A stretch of 20,000 bases of DNA from IMG/VR virus record IMGVR_UViG_3300030101_001550, one strand, 5' to 3'. A model generated the notes under the pieces. The model was not told the DNA's origin. It searched no databases and saw nothing but the letters and a program-made list of their open reading frames with translations. The position numbers and the translations under genes are program-made. This DNA comes from an uncultured virus (IMG/VR IMGVR_UViG_3300030101_001550) (Duplodnaviria > Heunggongvirae > Uroviricota > Caudoviricetes). Shown here in pieces: positions 1-8,090 of this stretch (the first letter of the stretch is position 1; the number at the start of each line of letters is the position of its first letter).

Positions 1-1
1 A

Positions 2-283
2 GTCGAGGCGTTACAATGGCTAGACGATAATGGATTAGGCGATATTATAAAACATAAAATATCTATCTCTTTCAATCGTGGAGAACATGAAGATGCTGAG
101 AAGTTTAAGAAACAGTTCGGTGAATCGTTTAAACAAGAGATGGACGAGAAGTCGACAGTACATCCTCAGACTCTAAAAGCGACAGTTAAAGAAATGGTAC
201 AGAGTGGCCAGAATTTACCTGAAGAATTTTTTAGTGTTTACGAGGCTAAAGTTGCAAACGTGAAATTATCGAAAGGAGAATAA
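2..283 (+). CDS. Conserved phage replication-module protein, 5'-truncated by the window
   Basis: Frame 2 is open from the window edge to TAA 281-283: VEALQWLDDNGLGDIIKHKISISFNRGE...VHPQTLKATVKE...LSKGE*. The WLxxNGxGDIIK and VHPQTLKA pattern is typical of the gene preceding SSB/primase in PolA-encoding phages. Confidence 0.75.
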   Translation, partial: VEALQWLDDNGLGDIIKHKISISFNRGEHEDAEKFKKQFGESFKQEMDEKSTVHPQTLKATVKEMVQSGQNLPEEFFSVYEAKVANVKLSKGE

Positions 284-284
284 T

Positions 285-1040
285 ATGTCAGATACACAAG
301 TTGCAAAGAAGAAGAATGGCGCATTAAGTATTCCTAGTGAGGACTTATTAGCCGATGTCGGTAAGGGTTTAGAAAAAGCTAACTCTGACGATATGACGAT
401 ACCTAGATTGGCTTTAGTACAATCAGGTAGTCCACAACGAAAAAAGAAAGACGATAAATATATTGATGGAGCAGAAGAGGGTATGGTCTTTAATACTGTA
501 TCTAACAAGCTTTATTCTGATACATTTTACGTTGTACCCTGCGAATTTGAAAAAGTTTTTATCGAATGGGTACCTAGAGAAAGCGGTGGTGGTTTAGTTA
601 CAATATACAACTCAAGTAATAAACCGCAGGCGAAAAAAGAAGAAAATGGAAGAAGATTTTTATTAGAAAATGGAAATCAGTTAGTCGATACTGCACAGCA
701 CTATGTTATGGTAGTAAGTAAAGATGGTTCTTTTGAGCCAGCAGTTATGTCTATGTCATCTTCTTTATTAACAGTTTCTCGTAATTGGGTAACTCGTATG
801 AAGTTACAGAGAGAAAATGTAAATGGTAAATTAGTTGAGCCACCTACTTTTTATTACAAGTGGCCAATATCAACTATTGAGAAAACTAATTCAGATGGAT
901 CATGGTTTATTTATAAAGTAGGTAACCCAGAGCCCGTTGATAATCTTGATTTATACAACGCAGCTAAAAGTTTATCTGAATCAGTAAGAAAAGGAACTGC
1001 TACTGCAGATACATCTACGGATTCTGACGTACAGTTCTAA
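285..1040 (+). CDS. Putative ssDNA-binding/annealing protein
   Basis: 251 aa; RBS AAAGGAG upstream; IPRLxLxQxxSPQ motif; acidic tail ending in an aromatic residue (DTSTDSDVQF) as in SSBs; lies directly before the primase. Confidence 0.55.
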   Translation: MSDTQVAKKKNGALSIPSEDLLADVGKGLEKANSDDMTIPRLALVQSGSPQRKKKDDKYIDGAEEGMVFNTVSNKLYSDTFYVVPCEFEKVFIEWVPRESGGGLVTIYNSSNKPQAKKEENGRRFLLENGNQLVDTAQHYVMVVSKDGSFEPAVMSMSSSLLTVSRNWVTRMKLQRENVNGKLVEPPTFYYKWPISTIEKTNSDGSWFIYKVGNPEPVDNLDLYNAAKSLSESVRKGTATADTSTDSDVQF

Positions 1041-2539
1041 TGTCAGCACAAGACTTCTTTGAATTATTCAAAGGTCTTGAGCGTGCTCATGGCCGTTATG
1101 ACCTAGCTCCCGAAAGCGATAACGGCCAAAAGCAAGGTGGCAGTGCACGAACTGTTCAAGAATCTTTAACTGTACACGAGTGGGAATTACACTTGAAAGG
1201 CGAGAGAGGTCTCGGCGTAATACCTATTCGTGATGACAGTAAAGTTTATTGGGGAGCAATAGATATAGATATTTATGACATAGATTTAGAAAAATTTAGC
1301 GAGAATCTAGGATCATCATCAATATTTCCATGTAGGACTAAGAGTGGAGGTTTACACCTCTATATATTTTTTAGCGAGCCAGTGTTAGCTAAATTGGTTG
1401 TACCTAAATTAAGAGAGATAGCAACAGCTTTAGGACATTCGTCTGCTGAGATATTTCCTAAACAAATAAAAATAATATCAGAAAGAGGAGATGTTGGAAA
1501 CTGGATAAATATGCCATACTTTGGTGGAGAGTTTTCGACACGTTATTGTATTTATAATGGCAAAAGATTAACGACAAAAGAGTTTATAAGATTAGCAAAT
1601 GAAAGTAAAGTAGATAACATTAGTAAAATATCTTTACCAAATTTTAAAAAAGAAGATACAGAAATACTACCAGATGGTCCGCCATGTTTACAGTATTTAT
1701 TAAAAACAGGATTTCCACAAGGAACTAGAAACAACGCCTTATATAATTTAGGAGTGTATGCGAAGAAGGCATTTCCTAATGAATGGGAAGAGAAATTAGA
1801 AGATTATAACCTTGAGCACATGCAACCGCCGTTGAAGTCCAAGGAAGTAATAACTGTAATTTCTTCTTTAGATAAGAAATCGTATAACTACATGTGTAGT
1901 GAACCTCCTATTCAACCATTCTGTAATAGGGCGTTGTGTGTATCTTGTAAGTTTGGTATATCGGAAAATGGAACAATGCCTAGAATAACTGGCATATCAA
2001 AAATACAAACAGACCCTCCTACATATTTCTTAACTGTAGATGATTTAAGAATAGGTCCATTAGAATCAATAGATATACTTAATCAGAAAAACTTTCAACG
2101 TGTGGTATTTGAGCATATAGATAAAGCTATTCCTTTAGTATCGCCTCATCTATGGATAGAGATGATGAACGATTTAATGTCTAAAGTAGAACTAGTCGAA
2201 GCAACTACAGATTCATCTAATAAAGGTAGGCTATGGGAATTATGCGAAAGATTTTCTACAGGAGTTTCATCTTCTGATTCAATAGAAGATTTATTAAGAG
2301 GTAAAGCTGTAACGATAGACGGATCTACTATGTTTAGAATAAATGATTTTATAGAGTTTCTTGAGAAGCATAGGTTTAGAGAGTTTAAATTACACGAAGT
2401 AACTGCACATTTAAAAGAAAAGAATGCGAAACACCAGACTAAAAAAATAAAGGGAAAGCATGTAAACATATGGGTAATACCAGAGTTTGAAAAACAAAAA
2501 GAAGAATTTACTGAACCTAACGTAGAGGAGATATTATGA
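1040..2539 (+). CDS. Archaeo-eukaryotic-type primase (prim-pol) with PriCT/PriL-like helical domain
   Basis: AEP motifs AIDID and TKSGGLHLY; GNWINMPYF; GTRNNALY (PriCT-like); Cys pattern GPPC...YMC-x8-C-x4-C-x2-C. Confidence 0.8.
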   Translation: MSAQDFFELFKGLERAHGRYDLAPESDNGQKQGGSARTVQESLTVHEWELHLKGERGLGVIPIRDDSKVYWGAIDIDIYDIDLEKFSENLGSSSIFPCRTKSGGLHLYIFFSEPVLAKLVVPKLREIATALGHSSAEIFPKQIKIISERGDVGNWINMPYFGGEFSTRYCIYNGKRLTTKEFIRLANESKVDNISKISLPNFKKEDTEILPDGPPCLQYLLKTGFPQGTRNNALYNLGVYAKKAFPNEWEEKLEDYNLEHMQPPLKSKEVITVISSLDKKSYNYMCSEPPIQPFCNRALCVSCKFGISENGTMPRITGISKIQTDPPTYFLTVDDLRIGPLESIDILNQKNFQRVVFEHIDKAIPLVSPHLWIEMMNDLMSKVELVEATTDSSNKGRLWELCERFSTGVSSSDSIEDLLRGKAVTIDGSTMFRINDFIEFLEKHRFREFKLHEVTAHLKEKNAKHQTKKIKGKHVNIWVIPEFEKQKEEFTEPNVEEIL

Positions 2540-2697
2540 CAGAAAAGAAAGACGTTGTAGTAAAAGTTAAAGGATTAGCTTTTAACTTAACCAATAAACC
2601 GGAGAAAAAAGATGTCAAAGACACCGAGCCACTTAAAGACAGGGATAACAGTAAAGACAGTCCCGCAAAGAAAGACGAAACACATGGGAAAACATAA
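2536..2697 (+). CDS. Small charged hypothetical protein (53 aa, MTEKKDVVVKVKGLAFNL...)
   Basis: ATG overlaps the primase stop (ATGA 2536-2539); GAGGAG upstream; stop TAA 2695-2697. Confidence 0.45.
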   Translation: MTEKKDVVVKVKGLAFNLTNKPEKKDVKDTEPLKDRDNSKDSPAKKDETHGKT

Positions 2698-2770
2698 CCC
2701 TATCTATACTAAACATAGAAAAGGTAAACGTCAGTTTAAAAGAAAAAATGATCATTGGAGTCAATTATGA
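2612..2770 (+). CDS. Small very basic hypothetical protein (52 aa, MSKTPSHLKTGITVKTVPQRKTKHMGKHNPIYTKHRKGKRQFKRKNDHWSQL)
   Basis: GGAG at 2601-2604, ATG at 2612; its TGA overlaps the exonuclease ATG (ATGA 2767-2770). Confidence 0.5.
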   Translation: MSKTPSHLKTGITVKTVPQRKTKHMGKHNPIYTKHRKGKRQFKRKNDHWSQL

Positions 2771-3552
2771 AATATTTATTTTTTGATGTAGAAACAACTG
2801 GATTATGGAGGCGAGATTTAGAAGCTACAGATAAAAATCAACCTCGTATAGTTCAAATAGCAGCGCAATTAACAGATGAAAAAGAAAAAGTGCATGGACA
2901 ATTAGCGTGTATAGTTCAGCCAGATGGTTGGAAAATACCTAAAGAGGCGTCAGATATTCATAAAATAACTGAAGAAATAGCTTTGCAACATGGACTTCCT
3001 TTGATAAATGTGTTAAGTATGTTTAATTCTATGGCAGCACAAGCTGATGTATTAGTTGCTCATAACACTTCTTTTGACTTACAGATGGTGTTAAGAGAAT
3101 TTAATCACATAGGTAAAAATTTTAGAGCGCCTAAAACACAACATTGTACGATGATGACTGCGAAAGATATTCTAAAATTAGAAAGTGATTTTGACGATTA
3201 CAAATTTCCTAAATTAGAAGAAACATATAAACATTTTTTAGGTGGCGGTTATATGAATTGGCACGATGCACTAACTGATATTATAGTTTGTCGTATAATT
3301 TATTTCCACATGAAAGCGAAAGGAATAGAAATGGTAAAACCTAGAGATATGCCTAAAGCATTAATAAAAAACCTTGACGAAAAAGTGTTTAAAGAAGTAA
3401 AAAATCTTTTAGAATTATCAGATACGAAGGACTTAACAGATTGGGAAAGTAAATTTGTAAATGATCAGAAAGAAAGATTAGAGAAATATGGAGAAAAAAT
3501 ACTTATGAGTGATAAACAATTAAATGTATTGAGAAAGATAGCAGACAAATGA
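2767..3552 (+). CDS. DEDDh 3'-5' exonuclease (DnaQ/epsilon-like) with C-terminal helical extension
   Basis: ExoI FFDVETTG, ExoII AHNTSFD, ExoIII HDALTD. Start placed at ATG 2767 (GGAG 2757-2760) rather than TTG 2755. Confidence 0.88.
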   Translation: MKYLFFDVETTGLWRRDLEATDKNQPRIVQIAAQLTDEKEKVHGQLACIVQPDGWKIPKEASDIHKITEEIALQHGLPLINVLSMFNSMAAQADVLVAHNTSFDLQMVLREFNHIGKNFRAPKTQHCTMMTAKDILKLESDFDDYKFPKLEETYKHFLGGGYMNWHDALTDIIVCRIIYFHMKAKGIEMVKPRDMPKALIKNLDEKVFKEVKNLLELSDTKDLTDWESKFVNDQKERLEKYGEKILMSDKQLNVLRKIADK

Positions 3553-4511
3553 AGATAGTAGTAACAGGTGGCGCAGGATTTTTAGGCTCACATTTAGTAC
3601 AACATCTTGTACAAAAAGATCATGAGGTATATTCTATTGATAATTTTTTAACAGGTCAAGAAGAACACACTATATTTTGTGATAATTTTACTAAAGCAGA
3701 TATTTCTGATACTTACGATATGAAACAAGTATTTGAACAAATAAGTGCTAGTGGTCCAATAGATGTAATTTATAATTTAGCTTGTCCTGCAAGTCCTGAT
3801 CATTATCAAAAACATTCTCTTAAAACATTAGATACGTGTTACATGGGAGTTAAAAATATTTTAGAAGCAGCGAAGCAATCTAACGCTATGGTTATACATA
3901 CTTCAACTTCAGAAGTATATGGTAACCCTGATCATACTCCACAAGAAGAAACTTATTATGGAAATGTAAATTCTTTTGGACCACGTGCTTGTTATGACGA
4001 AGGCAAGAGAGTTGCTGAAGCACTTATATTTGAATATACTAGACTGTTTAAAACAGATGTTAAGATAGCTAGAATATTTAATACATACGGTCCTCGTATG
4101 TCTATACAAGATGGTAGAGTAATATCTAATTTTATATGTAACGCATTACAGAATAAAGACCTTTTACTTTATGGAGATGGAAATCAATCTCGTTCTTTTT
4201 GTTATGTAAGCGATACGATACATGGTTTATTGCAAATGATGAATACGACTAGATTAAAATTACCAATAAACATAGGTAATCCATCAGAGTATACAGTAAA
4301 AGAAATAGCAGAATTAGTAATTAGTATGACTGGTTCCACATCAGGAATCATGTCAGTATCACCAAAGAAAGATGATCCTTTACAAAGATGTCCAGATATA
4401 AATAGAGCAAAAGAACTTTTACATTGGACTCCAAGAGTAGGACTTGTAGATGGATTAAAGAAAACAGTAGAATATTTTGAAGAATGTTTACAGCAAGAGA
4501 TACAAACTTAA
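3549..4511 (+). CDS. uxs: UDP-glucuronate decarboxylase (UDP-xylose synthase), extended SDR family
   Basis: GGAGFLG NAD motif, NLACPASPDHYQ, STSEVYG, YYGNVNSFGPRACYDEGKRVAE (YxxxK), ARIFNTYGPRM, DGRVISNF, DDPLQRCPDI: the signature set of the UXS subfamily. Confidence 0.9.
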   Translation: MKIVVTGGAGFLGSHLVQHLVQKDHEVYSIDNFLTGQEEHTIFCDNFTKADISDTYDMKQVFEQISASGPIDVIYNLACPASPDHYQKHSLKTLDTCYMGVKNILEAAKQSNAMVIHTSTSEVYGNPDHTPQEETYYGNVNSFGPRACYDEGKRVAEALIFEYTRLFKTDVKIARIFNTYGPRMSIQDGRVISNFICNALQNKDLLLYGDGNQSRSFCYVSDTIHGLLQMMNTTRLKLPINIGNPSEYTVKEIAELVISMTGSTSGIMSVSPKKDDPLQRCPDINRAKELLHWTPRVGLVDGLKKTVEYFEECLQQEIQT

Positions 4512-5998
4512 TACTCGGTCCACCTGGAACTGGCAAGACAACTTCGTTACTTAACAAGTTAGAGAAAGAGATTGCTTCAGGAATACAGCCAATAAACATT
4601 GGTTTTGTTAGTTTTACAAAAAGAGCAATAAGAGAAGCACGAGAAAGAACTGTACAAAAATTCAACATTACAAACGAAAATGATTTAGATTATTTTAGAA
4701 CGTTGCATAGTTTGTGTTTTAGAACATTAGCTTTGAATGGAGAGCAAGTTTTTAAAGGTACACACATTACCGAATTTAAAAAGTTATTAAAGATAGAAAT
4801 GAGCGGTGGAGTTGACGAAGAAGAAATTGTACATTCAGGAACTAAATTAGGCGATCAAATGTTATTCTGCGATCAGTTAGCTAGAGCTACGTTACAACCC
4901 TTAAAAGAAATGTGGCGACACTTAGAGTTTGAATATTCTTGGAAAGAACAAGAGTTGTTTTCTAATACACTTATTAAATTTAAACAGAAAAGAGGTCTGT
5001 TAGATTTTACTGATATGTTACAAGAGTTTCTAGAAAGAGGCGACCCTCCTAAATTAAAAGTTTTATTTGTAGATGAAGCGCAAGACTTGACAATATTACA
5101 ATGGAAAGTTGTACAAAAACTTTCGCAAGATATTGATAAACTTTACATAGCAGGAGATGATGATCAAACTATTTATAAATGGGCTGGTGCTGATATAAAA
5201 ACATTTCTTAAATTAAAAGGTAATGTAGAAGTATTGCCGTATAGTTATAGACTGCCTAAAAAAGTATATGATCTTGCGATAAAGATAAGCTCACGAATAA
5301 AAAACAGATTTGATAAAGAGTGGAAAAGCAAGAAAGAAGAAGGCACGGTAAATTATGTATCGTCAATAGAATATATAGACATGAAAAAAGGGTCATGGCT
5401 CATCCTTACTCGATACAATTATCAACTTTCTCCTATACAAAAGTTTCTTAAAAATCAAGGGTTTGTATTCGAAAACAGATACGGCGGCTTCAAAGCTAAT
5501 AAACATGTGCAAGGTATTCGTGCTTGGAAAAAATTACATCAAGGAGAAAAACTTGTATATTCTGAAATCAAGAAATTATATTCTTGCTTGAGAACAGGAA
5601 CAGGTATAGAAAGAGGATTTAAGAATTTAAAAACTATTGACGAAAACGAACAGTATGAATTAGAAACTTTAGTCATGCATCATGGGTTGATAGCGCAAGG
5701 TCCGTGGCAACAAGCATTAGAAATGATACCAGAAGAAGATAAATTTTATTACGAAGCACTAGAAAAAACAGGAGATATTGATGAAGATAATCCTAGAATT
5801 AGAATAAGCACTATACATGGCAGCAAAGGTGCTGAAGCAGATAATGTTATTTTATTTACAGATGTTTCTTACAAGACTTGGAAAAACTTAGTTCAAGAGG
5901 ACGATGATGAGCATCGTGTTTTTTATGTTGGAATTACAAGAGTTAAAAACAATTTATTTATTGTAAATCCACAAACAGAATACAGTTATAGGATATAG
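4484..5998 (+). CDS. UvrD/Rep superfamily-1 DNA helicase
   Basis: Walker A GPPGTGKT, SFT, RTLHS, VDEAQD, AGDDDQTIY, SYR, STIHGSKGAE, YVGITR. Confidence 0.92.
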   Translation: MFTARDTNLILGPPGTGKTTSLLNKLEKEIASGIQPINIGFVSFTKRAIREARERTVQKFNITNENDLDYFRTLHSLCFRTLALNGEQVFKGTHITEFKKLLKIEMSGGVDEEEIVHSGTKLGDQMLFCDQLARATLQPLKEMWRHLEFEYSWKEQELFSNTLIKFKQKRGLLDFTDMLQEFLERGDPPKLKVLFVDEAQDLTILQWKVVQKLSQDIDKLYIAGDDDQTIYKWAGADIKTFLKLKGNVEVLPYSYRLPKKVYDLAIKISSRIKNRFDKEWKSKKEEGTVNYVSSIEYIDMKKGSWLILTRYNYQLSPIQKFLKNQGFVFENRYGGFKANKHVQGIRAWKKLHQGEKLVYSEIKKLYSCLRTGTGIERGFKNLKTIDENEQYELETLVMHHGLIAQGPWQQALEMIPEEDKFYYEALEKTGDIDEDNPRIRISTIHGSKGAEADNVILFTDVSYKTWKNLVQEDDDEHRVFYVGITRVKNNLFIVNPQTEYSYRI

Positions 5999-5999
5999 T

Positions 6000-6662
6000 A
6001 TGATAAATGAATACATGAAATATTTTTTACAAAAAATAGATAATGACATCTATGACGAACCTAAATCTCAATTACATTACAGTGTTATATTACCTATGAC
6101 AGGAAAAGTTTTAGCTGAGTACAATTTACAAACAACCGATAAGATATTAGACATGGGTTGCGGTGATGGATATTTTTTAAAATTATTAAAAGAAAAAGGA
6201 TTTACTAATTTAGTTGGAGTAACAAAAGCAGATAAAGATATAGAACGTTGCAAAGAAAAAGGTTTAGATGACATAAGAAAAATAGACATGACTTTTTCTG
6301 GTATAAAAGAAGAATTTGATTTTTTATGGTGTAGACATGCATTAGAGCATAGCCCTTTTCCTTATTTAACTTTACATGAATTTAATAGATTAGTTAAGAT
6401 GGACGGCGGAGCATATGTAGAAGTTCCCGCTGCTGTTAATGTAGCTAATCATGAAGATAACAGGAATCATTATTCTTTACTTACAAAAACTAATTGGATA
6501 GCATTGATGTTGCGTTCTGGTTTTGATGTAAGCAGTGTAGAAGAAATAAAGTTAGATATAAAAAATCCAAACTACAAAGATGGAGAAGCTTATCCAGAAA
6601 CATGGTGGGGATTTTATCTAAGAAAAACAGTAGAGCTTAATTTTATGAAAGGAGTATTATGA
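6000..6662 (+). CDS. Class I SAM-dependent methyltransferase (small-molecule/glycan type)
   Basis: ILDMGCGDG motif I, FDFLWCRHALEH, RLVKMDGGAYVEVP; no DPPY/NPPY or PC DNA-methylase motif. Confidence 0.85.
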   Translation: MINEYMKYFLQKIDNDIYDEPKSQLHYSVILPMTGKVLAEYNLQTTDKILDMGCGDGYFLKLLKEKGFTNLVGVTKADKDIERCKEKGLDDIRKIDMTFSGIKEEFDFLWCRHALEHSPFPYLTLHEFNRLVKMDGGAYVEVPAAVNVANHEDNRNHYSLLTKTNWIALMLRSGFDVSSVEEIKLDIKNPNYKDGEAYPETWWGFYLRKTVELNFMKGVL

Positions 6663-7717
6663 AAGCAATAGGAAGTTACATATTTGCTGGTGGTTTTACT
6701 ATTGGAGTTAAAAAACATTTTAATGTACTAGCGCACTTTGAAGGCGATGGATATGGCGCAGATACATTTAGTTTAAATTATCCAGAAATACCAGTTTTTG
6801 TTGGTCCAGAAAATTGGCCAACAGGAGATTATAAAGACATAGATTTTGTATATGGAAATCCACCTTGTGCGCCATGGAGCACACTAGGGTCAGGAAGTAA
6901 AGGAGCAGATGGTTGGAAATCAGATCCACGAGTAAGTTGTTGGAGCGATGTATTTTCTTTAATATATACAGTAAAACCAAAAGCTATCGCTATTGAGTCA
7001 GTTCCACGTGCTTATTCTCCAACAGGTGGATTACCGATGATAAAAGATTTTACAGAGAAAGCAAATAAAGAAGGTTATGCTGTTACACATCTTATGGTAG
7101 ATGGACAGTACACTGGTCTTAATCATACTAGGCGAAGATTCTTTTTCTTAGCTCATAAAGGTAAGTTCAGTCCTCCAGCACCAAACTGGAATCCATCACC
7201 AAATGTAGGCGATGTATTAGATGAGTTTAAAGCAGAACATGGTGGAGACCCTGGACATTATGGAAAACTAAGTGACAATGAAATGAAATTAGTAAAGATT
7301 GCGAAACCAGGAGAATCGTTAAGAAACATATGGGAAAGTTTAAACCCACCAGAAACTTGGAAAAGGTCAACTAAAGGACGAAAAGGAGTTATTGGTAGAC
7401 CACAATTTATGAAGTGGAGATTGACTAGAGAGCAAACTATGGGAGTAATAGCAGGAGGTTTTGCAATACATCCAGAAGAAGATAGACTTTTAGGTATAAG
7501 AGAATTGTGTGCTTTCTCTGGGTATCCAGTAGATTACAAATTTGCTGGAGCAAAATCAGGTTGGCCTAGCTTAATAGCAAGAGGCGTAATGCCACCAGTA
7601 GGCGAGTGGCTTGCGAGAAATGTAAAAGCTATGATAGAAACAGACGCTAAATACCACGTTGATTCTCAATTTATAGATTACAGAAAACCAGCAACAGGAG
7701 ATTTATTTAATGCTTAA
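6659..7717 (+). CDS. Divergent DNA (cytosine-C5) methyltransferase homologue
   Basis: Motif I-like YIFAGGF, IV GNPPC, VI IESV (canonical ENV), VIII HTRRRFF, IX RLLGIRELCAFSGYP, X IARGVMPP (canonical GNAV/GNSV). Confidence 0.85.
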   Translation: MKAIGSYIFAGGFTIGVKKHFNVLAHFEGDGYGADTFSLNYPEIPVFVGPENWPTGDYKDIDFVYGNPPCAPWSTLGSGSKGADGWKSDPRVSCWSDVFSLIYTVKPKAIAIESVPRAYSPTGGLPMIKDFTEKANKEGYAVTHLMVDGQYTGLNHTRRRFFFLAHKGKFSPPAPNWNPSPNVGDVLDEFKAEHGGDPGHYGKLSDNEMKLVKIAKPGESLRNIWESLNPPETWKRSTKGRKGVIGRPQFMKWRLTREQTMGVIAGGFAIHPEEDRLLGIRELCAFSGYPVDYKFAGAKSGWPSLIARGVMPPVGEWLARNVKAMIETDAKYHVDSQFIDYRKPATGDLFNA

Positions 7718-8090
7718 AGATATAGAAGAATTTCATAAGAAGTTTGATTTACCTAAACGTCATGGTATCAAGAATAATAAAGATATTGTAGACTTTAGGA
7801 TTAAATTTCTAGAAGAAGAATTAAGAGAATTAAAAGAAGGCGTTGAGAAAGACGATGACGCAAAGATTTTAGATTCTTTAGTAGACATAGTTTATGTAGC
7901 ACTCGGTACCGCTTATATATTTGACTATCCTTTTTGGATAGCATGGAAAGAAGTACAAGATGCTAACATGAAAAAAGAAAGAAAAGAAAGTGCTCGTTCT
8001 AAATTTGATGTAACAAAACCAGAAGGTTGGAAACATCCAGATATTGAGCAAGTGCTTAAAACATTTAAACATTGGAGTTCGTGGTCATGA
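7710..8090 (+). CDS. MazG-like all-alpha NTP pyrophosphohydrolase (candidate dCTPase)
   Basis: EEFHKKF, FLEEELREL, DSLVDIVYVALG, VQDANMKK, KPEGW: PRA-PH/MazG-like pattern. Substrate is inferred from context only. Confidence 0.8.
   Translation: MLKDIEEFHKKFDLPKRHGIKNNKDIVDFRIKFLEEELRELKEGVEKDDDAKILDSLVDIVYVALGTAYIFDYPFWIAWKEVQDANMKKERKESARSKFDVTKPEGWKHPDIEQVLKTFKHWSSWS

Noticed and set aside
6000..6662. Carboxy-SAM synthase (CmoA) partner for the Arg-substituted C5-MTase
   Set aside because: It lacks CmoA-like segments such as FxDMxxRSVPGY and FTLQF and looks like a generic HxLEH-type methyltransferase; not fully excluded without an HMM search.
6659..8090. Restriction-modification or abortive-infection system
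   Set aside because: No cognate endonuclease lies next to the MTase, and the MazG-like gene fits nucleotide-pool control within the modification cluster.
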